Shown here piece after piece: positions 24,987 through 36,277 of a stretch of 52,726 bases of DNA (its first letter is position 1; each line of letters begins with the position of its first letter). The translations under genes were made by a program, and so were the position numbers. This DNA comes from Parasitella parasitica NRRL 2501 (Eukaryota > Fungi > Mucoromycota). The notes below the pieces were generated by a model, which did not search any database, was not told the DNA's origin, and saw only the letters and a program-made list of their open reading frames with translations. The stretch covers positions 132,471 through 185,196 of the forward strand of contig MU619291.1 of NCBI GenBank assembly GCA_025201805.1. Reading direction: 5' to 3'.

Positions 24987-26250
24987 ATGATGGATTATCA
25001 GCAGCGAATAAACGACTTGTTGGAATGTTGTCAAAATGAATGGGTTACTGTAGAAGCACTTGCTAAAGAAGCCAATGCTACATCTTCCATCCACTATGCC
25101 AGCAAAGATTTGCGAGAGGGCATCAAAAAGCTGGTTCAATTGCAAGATAACCTTGACGATATAGGCGCAATTGTCGCAAACAATTCAGAATGGAACAAGA
25201 AGGCAGATATTCTGATGGAGAATGTACGCAAAAAGCTCGAATTTGCATCAAGACGTAGGGATTCGTTTGTGTTTGTGTTGATATACAAATAAGCTGACTG
25301 ACTGATCTTTTGTTTGCATAGTTACCGCAAACGTAAAGCCACAAACGAGCCAATCTTCGCCGTTACGACTATCAACAACATTTAATCACAATAATACAAT
25401 CTCCAGTAATAAAGCTAATAGTATATCTGAAATAAAGGAAGAGGATGAAGACCAAGACGACGAGGATGACCAATTCTTGGATGCTTCCGAAGAATTACCC
25501 GATCAAGTGCAGACAGAAGTGGATTTCACGATAGAGCCTACCTCTAGCAGTGACTATACCAAGCCTAGCAGATCGTCATCGCCGTCATCATCTCTGTCGA
25601 AAGAACAAGACAACAAACCATTGTTTGGACGTAGATCCATACTCGTAGGTTTCATCTGTGCTTCATCATGGTTACAGTGATTAACGATCGGTTGCTTAGG
25701 TAGATGAAGATATCAAATTTGTAAACAAAGAAAAGAAAAAGAGTATATTTCCATTATTGAAAGGGCTAAAGACATCTCAATCCACGCCAGTGCATGGGGC
25801 ACAGGTGCAAATCAATTTCTTTAAAAACGATAATGTTGAGCCAGATGCCAAGCATTTCATTTTTGCGACTGATGCGATAGTAGATCACCCGCTAAGGATT
25901 GGATTTGGATATGGCAGTTATATCTGCTATAGCTGTACTATACTAAGCGATAAGGTATGTCTTAGACACCAGGCCAGTGAGGGAGTAAACATACTAAAAG
26001 TCCATAGGGAGCTCCTATCACTGTACGAAAGAGATATTCGGATTTTGTAGAGTTACGGGAGGAGCTTGTCAAACAATATCCTGCGCTGAAAAGAAGTATA
26101 CCTAAACTGCCACCAAAAAAAGTGGTTGGCAAATTCACGCCTACTTTTGTTGAGCAAAGGCGAAGAGATTTGGAGTATTTTTTCAAGTACATTGTACTGC
26201 ATCCAACGTTGGGTGCGAGTCCAATCGTCAGGCATTGGATTGCGCCTTGA
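24987..26250 (+). CDS. PX-domain protein (Ypt35/sorting nexin-like) with N-terminal helical region
   Basis: The last exons give GYGSYICYSCTILSDK|GAPITVRKRYSDFVELREELVKQYP...IPKLPPKKVVGKFTPTFVEQRRRDLEYFFKYIVLHPTLGASPIVRHWI, a classic PX domain. TGA at 26248-26250. Confidence 0.85.
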
Positions 26251-26399
26251 GATTGAAACAAGTAATTGAAAAGTGCATGTAGCCCATATCTTGTATCCAC
26301 ACAGTCAATAAAAGGCCTTTTTCAAATTTTTTTTCCCACTTTCGTATTTTTCTTTCCCCTTCCTTCCTATTGCAACAAGTATCCACCTGCTTCTTTACT

Positions 26400-27669
26400 A
26401 TGAGCCACACTCCCATGGATCTTGATTCTTCACTAGACGATCTTATCAAGAAAAGAAGAACGTTTGGCTCTGATAAACACAGATTTAGAAAACAAAACAA
26501 CAACAGCAATGCTGCTAACAAAACCAAAAAGCAGCATGCAAGTCAAGTCCAATCTCGACCTTCCCTTCAAACAAGCAAGGCCAAAGTATCTAAGCCCACG
26601 CAACGTAGTAATTCTGGTATTAATGCAAGACTAGTAAGTTGAAACCCCCCCCACGTGTATATAACGCGTATATTGACTGTACGCTCACAGTCTACTGCTG
26701 TTGGAAATGCGCCTTCTGGCCCCTTGTTCACAGCTAAAAATACACCAACCACACAGCGACTAACACCAAAAGCAGACCCTTCGCAAATAATTATCACAAA
26801 GGCTATACCTGTATCAAACTCGGTTCAAAGCAGAATCGGAAGTAGTGCTGGCAGCAATGATAAAAAGGTCAAAAGTGTTATTGCTAGTCGTTTAGGAGTT
26901 CAGCCTAGGCAACTGCAATCTCAAATAAATTATTCACAACATCAACAACAGCAGCAGCAGCAGCTCCGTCAAGTGAAGCCACCATTGCCTATACAAGCAC
27001 AAAGAGATTCTATACAGATAAGAGGTATGTTCCAACCAGAGTATGCCGAGCAAGGACAAGGGATCTCGATTCGCGGTAGATCCAACACAGCTACAGCAAG
27101 ATCTGGTATATCCATTAGAGGCGAATCTGGCCCTACTACCGTATTGATGACTGGATTGGATCCATATACTAATAGCGATGACGTGAGAGTAGGTTGAACA
27201 TATAGCTCTGCTCACTCTTGCATTATTGAATTCGTTTTATAGATTACTGTAGAAGAGTTTGGAAATGTGTTGAGTTGTGAGGTTCTAAGAGATCGTCAAG
27301 GCCGCTCCTTTAGAGAAGCTGAAATCGAGTTTAGTACAAAGGACGCTGCGTTAGATTGTATTGCTCAAATGGATAACCGATTAGCAGATGGTCAGTATAT
27401 AAAGTATTTTAGAGATTTGTAACCTGTGTGTAGCTGAAAAATTATCTTGAAATAGATTGCATTTTACGTGTCATTTTGAGAGAACCTAAAAAACCACAGA
27501 CTTATGTTCAAAAACAGATTCGATCTATGATCCAACCTTCTTATGAGTAAGTGTGTAGAAAACTAATAAGAATCGCAGCATTTCGCTTATTATTGTGCTT
27601 TTGTTTAGAATGTCTGGCAAAATGTATTCAGATCAACTAACACCAAGATACGACATTTTTCGTCAATAG
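26400..27669 (+). CDS. ALYREF/Yra1-like single-RRM RNA-binding protein (mRNA export adaptor-like), 5 exons
   Basis: The N-terminal MDLDSSLDDLIKK resembles the UAP56-binding LDxSLDDII motif. The RRM reads TTVLMTGLDP...EEFGNVLSCEVLRDRQGRSFREAEIEF...AALDCIAQMDNRLADD. TAG at 27667-27669. Confidence 0.75.
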
Positions 27670-28250
27670 ATGACAGCGATGATACGAAGCAAACATATAT
27701 ATACACACAAACACCTGAACATCAATTAAGTACACACTCACACACTTACACACTCATGAAATAAAACGGATGTAAAAAAGAAAGAAAAAATCTGGGATAT
27801 CAAGAAGCAGCGAAACGAAAAACTGTATACATCAAACAATGTAAAGTCAATCAAAATAAATCCACCTATTATTGCTGAAAACCCGGGTTAATGTGGACCA
27901 CAAGTTAAACACCTTTTTTTTTTTATTAATTAAAATAAATAAAATTGAAAAGTGGAGGAATTGTTAGAACAAGGGCATTTTTGCATTTTTCCTATGGATT
28001 GATACTTGGTTGCCAAAGATAGTATCCGTAAGCTGTGGATACAAAATATTAAATACCTCGAATATATAAACAAAAAATAGTTCGGCTCTTCTTTAATGTA
28101 AACAACAAAATTTAGAAATTTATAGGATAAGGCATATTAATCACCGAATATATAATCTAATCAGAAGCGTATTTTTTTATCGTCATATTTTAGTGTGTGT
28201 TGAGGTTATTTACGCTCTTTCATTGACTACTTGATTGTTAAAGTGTGTCT

Positions 28251-28541
28251 TTTAGGCCTCATCTTGTCATATTTAGACTTAATCCGTTATATCCCGACTT
28301 ATTCTATCTTATTGAGACTTATTCTAGTGATTCAAGCTTATTTTACTATATTTTGACTTATTCTGTCATATTTTGACCCTCTTCCATCATACTTTGACTT
28401 ATTCTATAGTGTTGAGGCTTATCCCATTATATTTAAGTTTAATCAATTATATTTAGACTTGTTATATTGTGTTTAGACTTATTCCATTATATCTAAGTCT
28501 ATTCTATCATTACATAGACTTAATCCATCATATTCAGACTT
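28251..28541. repeat. Degenerate 20-bp tandem array (~14.5 units), consensus ATTTAGACTTATTCYATCAT
   Basis: Units include atttagacttaatccgttat (28271), attttgacttattctgtcat (28350), actttgacttattctatagt (28391) and gtttagacttattccattat (28471). The GACTT core recurs at 19-21 bp spacing. Confidence 0.9.
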
Positions 28542-29318
28542 GTGAATAAAGTCTTTGAAAAAGTCGCTCAAAATTACCTAACAGTGGCTGCTTAGTTAAG
28601 AATACTCATTAATAATTTTTGATATAGACTTTTCTTGAATTATTATGTCCAGGGCTATCTGATAGATATAACTTTACTGAAGAGCGCATATCCCAAAGGT
28701 TAAATTTCATCTTGATTCCAATATTGTTGTCGGCAATGACGCATCAAAATATGAGGAGTAGTCAGACTCAAAATTAGCAGTGTTGGTATAGGAAGTCATT
28801 TCAGAACTAACATTAGTTCTGGTTACATCAAATTCCTCTGCTTTTTCAGTTTAGTTTAGCATTTTTTGTTGACATAGATACAAAGGCTGAAATTTCCAAA
28901 ATCTACAGTAAATAGACATTGGAAATTGTGGTAATGGATAACAAGATCCCTATTAGGGATTAAAACTTTAAGACCAGAGCACGCATTACTCCACAGTTCA
29001 AAGCAACACTTTGTAAAAACTATTGTGCAAATTACGTTATACTGTTCGTATTTCATATTATTACAGTGAATGAAAACGGTAGAGCCCATAAAATTCGAAA
29101 TACCACCTGCCTGCCTCTTCTGTTTAGATATACAGAATATTTAATGGAGTTTCGCTGTATACTGCACACTGCCGCCGAATGATTGAACAATGTATCCACT
29201 AAATGCAGTGCTTGTAAAGCTAAACAAGTAAATAAATATAAAAAAAACAATTGGTTTTTTGATATGAGACTTTATTTGACCATTGTATGCTATTGTATTT
29301 ACAACCAAACCGAGCGGA

Positions 29319-30254
29319 TTAGTAAACGGTGGACATGTGATATTGTGATTCCTCAAAATCTTTGATTTGTTGAGCATGCAATCTATGATGTCTAGCACCG
29401 TTAGACAAACGTTTGGCGTAAGCGCCCACAACATATGCAAAGTAAATCTAGCAATTTGTAAGTATATCTGCAGACGGGCTCTATATATGATGTTTGTGTA
29501 AATTACCTGAACCAATTGAACTATGAAAACAATCACACCAAATATAATTGTGAAAGACTTGATCATGCTTGAACAATTGTCTCTGCTAGTAGCATGCTCA
29601 GTTAATAACCCTTGGTATTTAACAGGTGAATAATAGGCATTGTTGTTATTGAGTTGTGTGGGTGTGATGTTTTGTTGAGCATTTCCAACGCCAACAAATC
29701 CGACTACTGAGCATGAGTCAATGATTTGCTGCTTGTTGACTGCAATCAAAATGAGTGAAGCAACATAGACGATGGTTGATAGGATACAATTCACCCAAAC
29801 AATGACACTGAATGCTTTTGAAAATCTTCTGGAACCCTATTTAAATATGTTAGTTCATTTAAAGATACTACAAATCTTGAAAACGTACAAACAATGAGCC
29901 AATAATCCCACAAAAGCCACCAATACAAATGAACACAGCAAACAATAAATTAATATAATACCAAGGTCTAGCAGCTTGTCCTGAATAAAATACAATAGCT
30001 AGGTTTGTTGTAGACTGTATGAGTTTACATTTTACATTTCGATTTCGTCACATATACAATAACTTACAGTTTACACCTACAAAGCCAGTTGCAGCGTAAA
30101 ATAGATATATCGCCTACATGAAAAATAATAATAAGTATATACTGTTTAGTTGATCTTATTAAAAAACTCGAATTACGAAAAACCAAATGGCAATGAAAAA
30201 AGTGCCCAATCTTAGTGGGATTAGGCAGCAGCATTTTTCTAGACCAAGACCCAT
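29319..30254 (-). CDS. Small four-TM (tetraspan-like) membrane protein, 5 exons
   Basis: Spliced sequence: MGLGLEKCCCLIPLRLGTFFIAIWFF|AIYLFYAATGFVGVN|...PWYYINLLFAVFICIGGFCGIIGSLF|GSRRFSKAFSVIVWVNCILSTIVYVASLILI...(Cys-flanked loop)...FTIIFGVIVFIVQLVQ|IYFAYVVGAYAKRL...STVY*. Confidence 0.75.
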
Positions 30255-30364
30255 TGTGTGAACCGTATGATTAATATGAACAAACGAGTGTGATAGAGGA
30301 ATGGGTATGATGCAAAATTACAAAAATTGATAATAGTATGATATAAAGACTTGGATAGAAGTAG

Positions 30365-30395
<31 letters not shown>

Positions 30396-31930
30396 GGAGG
30401 GGAAAAGAAAGAAAGAAAGCTGAAAAAGGGAGCACATTTGGCACTAAAATTAAGTGTGTTTAACAAGCCAAATTAAGCTCTTTGATTTGCCATGACATTT
30501 ATTATCGTAAACTACAATAGCAACTCTTTCTCTACTCATAAAACGTTTCGAATAGTTCGTTAATTATCTTGTGAATAGTTTTGATTGCAAATATAAGACG
30601 CTTTCTATCGTTTATCGTCCAGAATTTGTTCATTTTAAAGGTTTTGCTGATCAAGAACTCTGTGATACAAAGGTAATTAACGTATACTAAAAAACGGAAA
30701 GTGATAATAAATGACTGTGGTGAATCAAATTTCTCAATGTGCTTTGTTTTTTTCGTTAACTTTAATACAAAAAGTTTTATTCGTTAACAAGGCTACTTTC
30801 CAAGCAACTTTGGGCGCCGATGCTATAAAATAATGTTTAATTAACATTGACAATCTGAAATACTTGAGATTTATAAAACAAATTCTAACTTGATTAAATA
30901 TACTCTAGGGCCAGTAACCTATTTCAACGACCAAGAACTCACATTGTCCCTATTAGCTTTCGTCAAACATATACCATCAGATTTTGACTATGCTTATATC
31001 GAATCAGCTAAAGAAAATTCCAATGATAGTATGATATTCAGTGATTTAAACAAACAATGCATCATTTGGGGAATTACATAACAAGATCTACTTTCTATCA
31101 AGGGCAAACTGGTCATGTACTCTAATCCATCTCTAAGCTATCCGTGACAAAATGTCCTTTAATAGCTAGCCACTGTTGCTGTTATCATTGCCAGCAAGAA
31201 TAGTTGGATCGCCCGGACTATGTCATGCTCCGCCAAGACCTATTATAATTTACTTTTATTATAAAGAATGATGGGTAACTACTTTTTGTTATAAAGTAAT
31301 AATTGTCTTTCCTGATCTGTGCGGCATCTTTTACGGTTCAACGATATTGTTTGATACACCGTCCCTGAGAATTTGATTTTGATTCTTGGCTGTATTGCTG
31401 TAGCCAATAACATAGAGGAGGCAAAATCGAAACCGTGCGTATGTGTGTATATGCATATATGTGCCTGTCTGAGTACGTGTATGTATTATATTGATCGCCC
31501 AACTCGATTTTCTTCTGATGCATGCATTATACGATGACTTGTAAGGTTTTCTTTTTTATTTAAAAAAAAATTAGGTATGGCATATAAATCATGAATAATC
31601 ATAAATGTAACCTAAAATCTGAGCGGTATCAAAACTGAATTCAAGAAAACCGTTATGTAGACTGAAGTGAGGAAATATAAAATTAATTTTACAAGAAAAC
31701 GCACTCCTCACTCGCCAGACGAGTGTGTGAGAAAAAGACGTCGACTATTTGAAAATTAGTAAAAGGATATGTCCAGGTAACATGCCAAACAGAAAAAGGA
31801 CTTCAAATTACTATAAACAGAAAGGAAGAATACTTGTACCGACAACCTTTTGAAAAAGAAGTTTTTTTTTTCCTTCTTCCTTTCTTTGCCTCTTTTATCT
31901 CTCTCTTCATTTTTTATTTTTGGTTAAATA

Positions 31931-33487
31931 ATGCTGAATTCGTATATAAATGAACAACCAAAAATTAGAATTGAAAATGATAGATTAGTTGCGTCCGAAC
32001 ACATCAAATCCGGCTCAATCATACTTGTCCAACCGCCACTGGCATCAGTCCCAGTGCCAGCCAAACGTCACCAGAGATGCAACTACTGTCTGCGCAAGGC
32101 ACAGCTGCAATGCTGCTCTCGCTGTAGATCGGCCTATTTCTGCAGCAACGAATGCTTTCGAAATGCCTGGCTTCATTTCCATCGAGTCCTGTGCGAGCCC
32201 CAAGAGACAGACATTTACAAAGATGTAGATGCAGATCGATGGTTATTGGAGAGAACAGCCTTGACCCTCCATAGTCACGAGCGTCTGAATAAGCAACAAT
32301 CGCACTCTCCGCCTCACTTGCCTTTTGCCATTCAGGCACTTCAGTTACACACACCCAACTATCAAGGCACCCAGCAACACAACAACACTGTGGAAGATGT
32401 AGCAAAGTTTTTAGAGCCATTCGACTGCCAAATTTCACTGCAAGACCTCGATACGCTTTGGCATAGAATCAAGCGGTGCGCATTTCCAATTGTGGATCCC
32501 GAGCACCACATGGATCAAGTTGCTGTGGGCGTATACCCCATCACAGCACTATTCGTTGGCCATTCCTGCCGACCTAATGCCGCTCTGCTATACAAACAAG
32601 GCACGCAGTCTCTCTTAACATTGGATAATATTTTACCTGGAGAACCCATCACCATTTCATATGTCGATGTCGTCAGCACAAAACCAGCAAGAACGCAGGC
32701 AACAAAGGAGAGATTTGGGTCGGATTATGCATGTCATTGTACAAGATGTGAGGGTGATTTGTCTATAGTGGACACTGCTTTGGAGAAAGGCGAATCGTTG
32801 GGAATGTCCGAGCAGGATGGACTAGAGTTGATGAGCAAGCACATTAAATCGTGGTCAGTACTTGATATGGTCAAACATGCAGAGGCAAAGGATAAGGATA
32901 GTTGGTCGCCCATTCAAGTCTTGGAGCCACCTGAATTTGCGCATTTCGTCAGCCGGATTGCAGCACCAGACATTTACTATGCTTCAATTGATGACAAAAA
33001 ACGGCAATCTGACAACATGTACAAGTTTTATATGAAAGAGGATAGAGCACATTTGTTGCAGCGCATACCAACAGCTATGGCTGCCCTGCTGAATGTGCCA
33101 AAGGTGCCGGCATTCACCTTGGCGTCTATCCGTGCGGCTGAAAAATTACTCTTCCAGCGTATCTCTGAGGGAAAATGGGTCGAAAGTTCTCGATGTGCCT
33201 TATACCTGTTTGTTGTATACCGCATAATGTACCCTCCCCTCCACCCTACTCTCGCTTACCATACCCTCATCTTGGCAAGGTCTGGGTGGAACGCTTTGGT
33301 TGAGATGGAGCTGATTGGCGTCGAGAAAAAGCTTGAGAGGATCTATGCAAATGGCACCCGAACATGGATTGAACTGGCTAAAAATGCGATAGACGTTACG
33401 TTCGGAAGAGAGTCTAGTTTATGGAGAGATGTGATTGAGCTTCAATGGGTTTATGAGCGTGAACGCAAAGTGAAAGGCACAGCATAA
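31931..33487 (+). CDS. SET and MYND domain (SMYD-like) protein, intronless, 518 aa
   Basis: MYND: RCNYCLRK...CCSRCRSAYFCSNECFRNAWLHFHRVLC. Split SET: GVYP...GHSCRPNA...GEPITISYVD. Post-SET: CHCTRC. The helical C-terminus contains MYPPLHPTLA. Confidence 0.9.
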   Translation: MLNSYINEQPKIRIENDRLVASEHIKSGSIILVQPPLASVPVPAKRHQRCNYCLRKAQLQCCSRCRSAYFCSNECFRNAWLHFHRVLCEPQETDIYKDVDADRWLLERTALTLHSHERLNKQQSHSPPHLPFAIQALQLHTPNYQGTQQHNNTVEDVAKFLEPFDCQISLQDLDTLWHRIKRCAFPIVDPEHHMDQVAVGVYPITALFVGHSCRPNAALLYKQGTQSLLTLDNILPGEPITISYVDVVSTKPARTQATKERFGSDYACHCTRCEGDLSIVDTALEKGESLGMSEQDGLELMSKHIKSWSVLDMVKHAEAKDKDSWSPIQVLEPPEFAHFVSRIAAPDIYYASIDDKKRQSDNMYKFYMKEDRAHLLQRIPTAMAALLNVPKVPAFTLASIRAAEKLLFQRISEGKWVESSRCALYLFVVYRIMYPPLHPTLAYHTLILARSGWNALVEMELIGVEKKLERIYANGTRTWIELAKNAIDVTFGRESSLWRDVIELQWVYERERKVKGTA

Positions 33488-33624
33488 ACATAATTAAATA
33501 AAGCAGTTAAAGCACAGTTTTCTTCTATACATACAATAAAACTTACTTTGTTTCTACCCATTGCCCAGAAAAATAGTGTTTGTTTTATTGAATGTTCAAA
33601 ATTAATTTGCCCAGCTCTTCGAAA

Positions 33625-34250
33625 ATAGATTGAGTTCTTTAAGTGTTTAGGAAAAAAATTATCAGAGTGTTGGAAGAGTTCCTGCAAATGCCAAATAGGA
33701 CAATCTTTAAAAACTATTGAGATGGGAGTTTCCGTACCTTTCATCTTGTTTCATTTGAGCTATCCTTCAAAGCTTTCCATGAATGCTCAATAGCGTTGAG
33801 CTCAGGGGAAAATGGCGGGAGGTATACATACATATATACACCTTCTTTCGTTGATTACGGTGAGGATCAACAAGATTATGACTATGAATTAGGGTATTGG
33901 CCGCCATAACTATCTGAAATCCCTTTTCATGTTGATAAGCTCATCCACAATGTCAATGTGTCATTACTAACTAGATGTAATAATTGGCTGTAATTCATTT
34001 TGATGATTTTCGTTTATGGTGCCTATAGTCTTTCTTTTTTTTTTGGAATTTCCTGGTCCCTTATATTCACACTCACAACACCAAATGCTAAAGTTGCGCC
34101 GATAATTGTGTGGTGGGGAGCAACTTCTGATAAGCTTAAGCCTAGGCTTATCAGTGGTGGAAGCGTACAAAATACTCTGAGCATGGGACATTGTTTGATT
34201 AATAATTGCATGACATGGACGTTTTCAGTCTTTAGTATAGCTGATGCATA
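33625..34250 (-). mobile_element. Decayed Tc1/mariner (IS630-like DDE) transposase pseudogene
   Basis: Ordered motifs across frameshifts: HTIIGATLAFGVVSVNIR, KKKRKTIGT, GFQIVMAANTLIH (decayed LVMDNAPIH), YVYLPPFSPELNAIEHSWKALK, then HLQELFQHSDNFFPKHL. TIRs were not identified. Confidence 0.85.
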
Positions 34251-34376
34251 AAATACTTTGTCAGAGTGTATTTTAGGCTCTTTCTTGTGGAGGGATATTT
34301 CCCTAGACCCCCTTCAGCTCAATTGAGCACTATTTCAAGCTGGATTTGACAAATTTTCTTGTATATTCGCTGCCAG

Positions 34377-34501
34377 GCTTCTATAAGGAGCAAAATAAAC
34401 ACCATCTTATGCGCCATAAGACCAGGAGGTATGACCATCGCTATCTGAGCATACCTTGCTTTCCACTGGGCGATGTCTGTATCAAAAGTAATCTGCAAAA
34501 A
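34377..34501 (-). repeat. Dispersed repeat copy A (inverted relative to 52468-52589)
   Basis: Its reverse complement shares a 43-nt identical run (AGACATCGCCCAGTGGAAAGCAAGGTATGCTCAGATAGCGATG) and similar flanks with 52468-52589. Confidence 0.9.
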
Positions 34502-36277
34502 CAGTTTTATTTTTCAATATTTATCGTAAATATATATATCAAATATTTGCCCATAACCTCTGCTAAAATTGTCAGTTTCTGCCTATTAAATGGAGCCTCA
34601 ATTCCAACATTATTGACACTGCCACTCAAATGGAATTGTATAAAGACTTCTAGAAAATAGGACCAGAGCAATCCTGACTTCATCCTTTTTCAATCATCAG
34701 TGAAGGCCCTACGTTCTCCGCGATATAGTCGCTTGCAGTGCCTTATTACTTATTTGTCGTTGGAAATAATCGTTATTCATATCGAAATAACTCTTCTCAA
34801 TATCTACACAACTTTACCTTTTATGTTTCTTCTTCTGTTTGGAAATTGTTACCAACGTATTTCGTGATGAAAATAGAAAGCTGAACATTATATCAGTTCC
34901 TTTATTGGCTCGTGTTTTTATAAGACAATAAAAAAGTCTGGTGATCTTCTTAAGTACATTCGTAGAGCTTACTATGGATTTATTGAAGAAGGTCCCGAAT
35001 ATCTTAAAATATTAATGAACATTTGCAGCCTTTTTATTAACTGATATTTTATGTGCGACAAAAAGAAACTAGCGAAATATTGGTAGGATTAAATGTATCC
35101 AATGTCTTTGTATCAATTGGCAAGCTGCGTTTTTTATATTCAAAAAGACGACATAGAAAATTTACTGCCGCAAAGAGAAAACGGCTTCAAAATTGATGTT
35201 AGAATCGTTTGCTGCTACAACGGTGTTAATTATAAATTTGTTAATGGGAGCCGCCTGCCCTTCAGGTGATGATAAAATCGCACAGGACGAAGGAAAACTC
35301 AACCGAGAGGGTAAAAATATTCAAAATTATTTTGTTGAGGATTAATGCAGTACTTTATTTCCGTTCATCAATAGTTGACCTATTCATCAGTATTAATACG
35401 TTACACCTTCCTTCGCCTAGTCTTTATACCTATTCGTATTCATCGATACAATGTTGCTTTGCCAACAAGCATTCCGGAAGTTGAGGAAGTAGTACCTGAT
35501 TTAATCGTCAACTTATTGACTTTATGTTCAAGTACTTGGTACATTAAACATTATGCTCACCAAATTATCAATACTAACTTGTGTCTCTTAGAGCTATGTA
35601 CTCTATATAAAGAAAACTATTTTCCAAAAACGTAGAGAAGCTTTCGTTACCAAAGTGTCTTTTGGCAAAGATAATAAATCTCGTAACTAGAAACTATTAG
35701 AAATGAGCTATTGGACCCGCCCTTGGTACTTCACGTCCCTTTAAGTCCCAAAAGCCTGCCTCCGCGACAACCTGTATGGTGTATGCCTGCAAACAATGTA
35801 ATGGAAAAACTGTTGAAAGCCTACTTTTCAACCAATCTCCCATTAACGATGGCATTTGGGAATTTGGTTGAATGCAAGATTTTATAATTCATATAATGAA
35901 AAATATAGTGGCAAACATATTTGTTGCGAAGATTAGCTGTGTCCCTGTCCCCATCATAAATCCTCAATTGTATAAAATAAGAATAAGTGCATTATGCATC
36001 TTCATGTTTTCCATAAGAGATGTTTTCCGTCTTTATGAAAAATGTTCATTATGTGGACAATAATTATTTGATTACAAAAACCCAAAATGTTGGTCAACTT
36101 AATTGGGCAGTGTCTTCGAAAGGTCGGTGGAAAGAGCACTAATCCTCCAATGAAATGCACAAGACCAAATTGGAGCTTTATGTGTAAACGCGGTCTATAA
36201 ATCTTCCAGTATCTTCTTTCCCCTCCCTTTTGGCTTTTCGCTTTTCGTTTACACTTTTAATTAGTTTTTGCTGAACT

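Noticed and set aside
28251-28541. CRISPR-like array
   Set aside because: The units are contiguous and degenerate with no unique spacers, there are no cas genes, and the context is eukaryotic.
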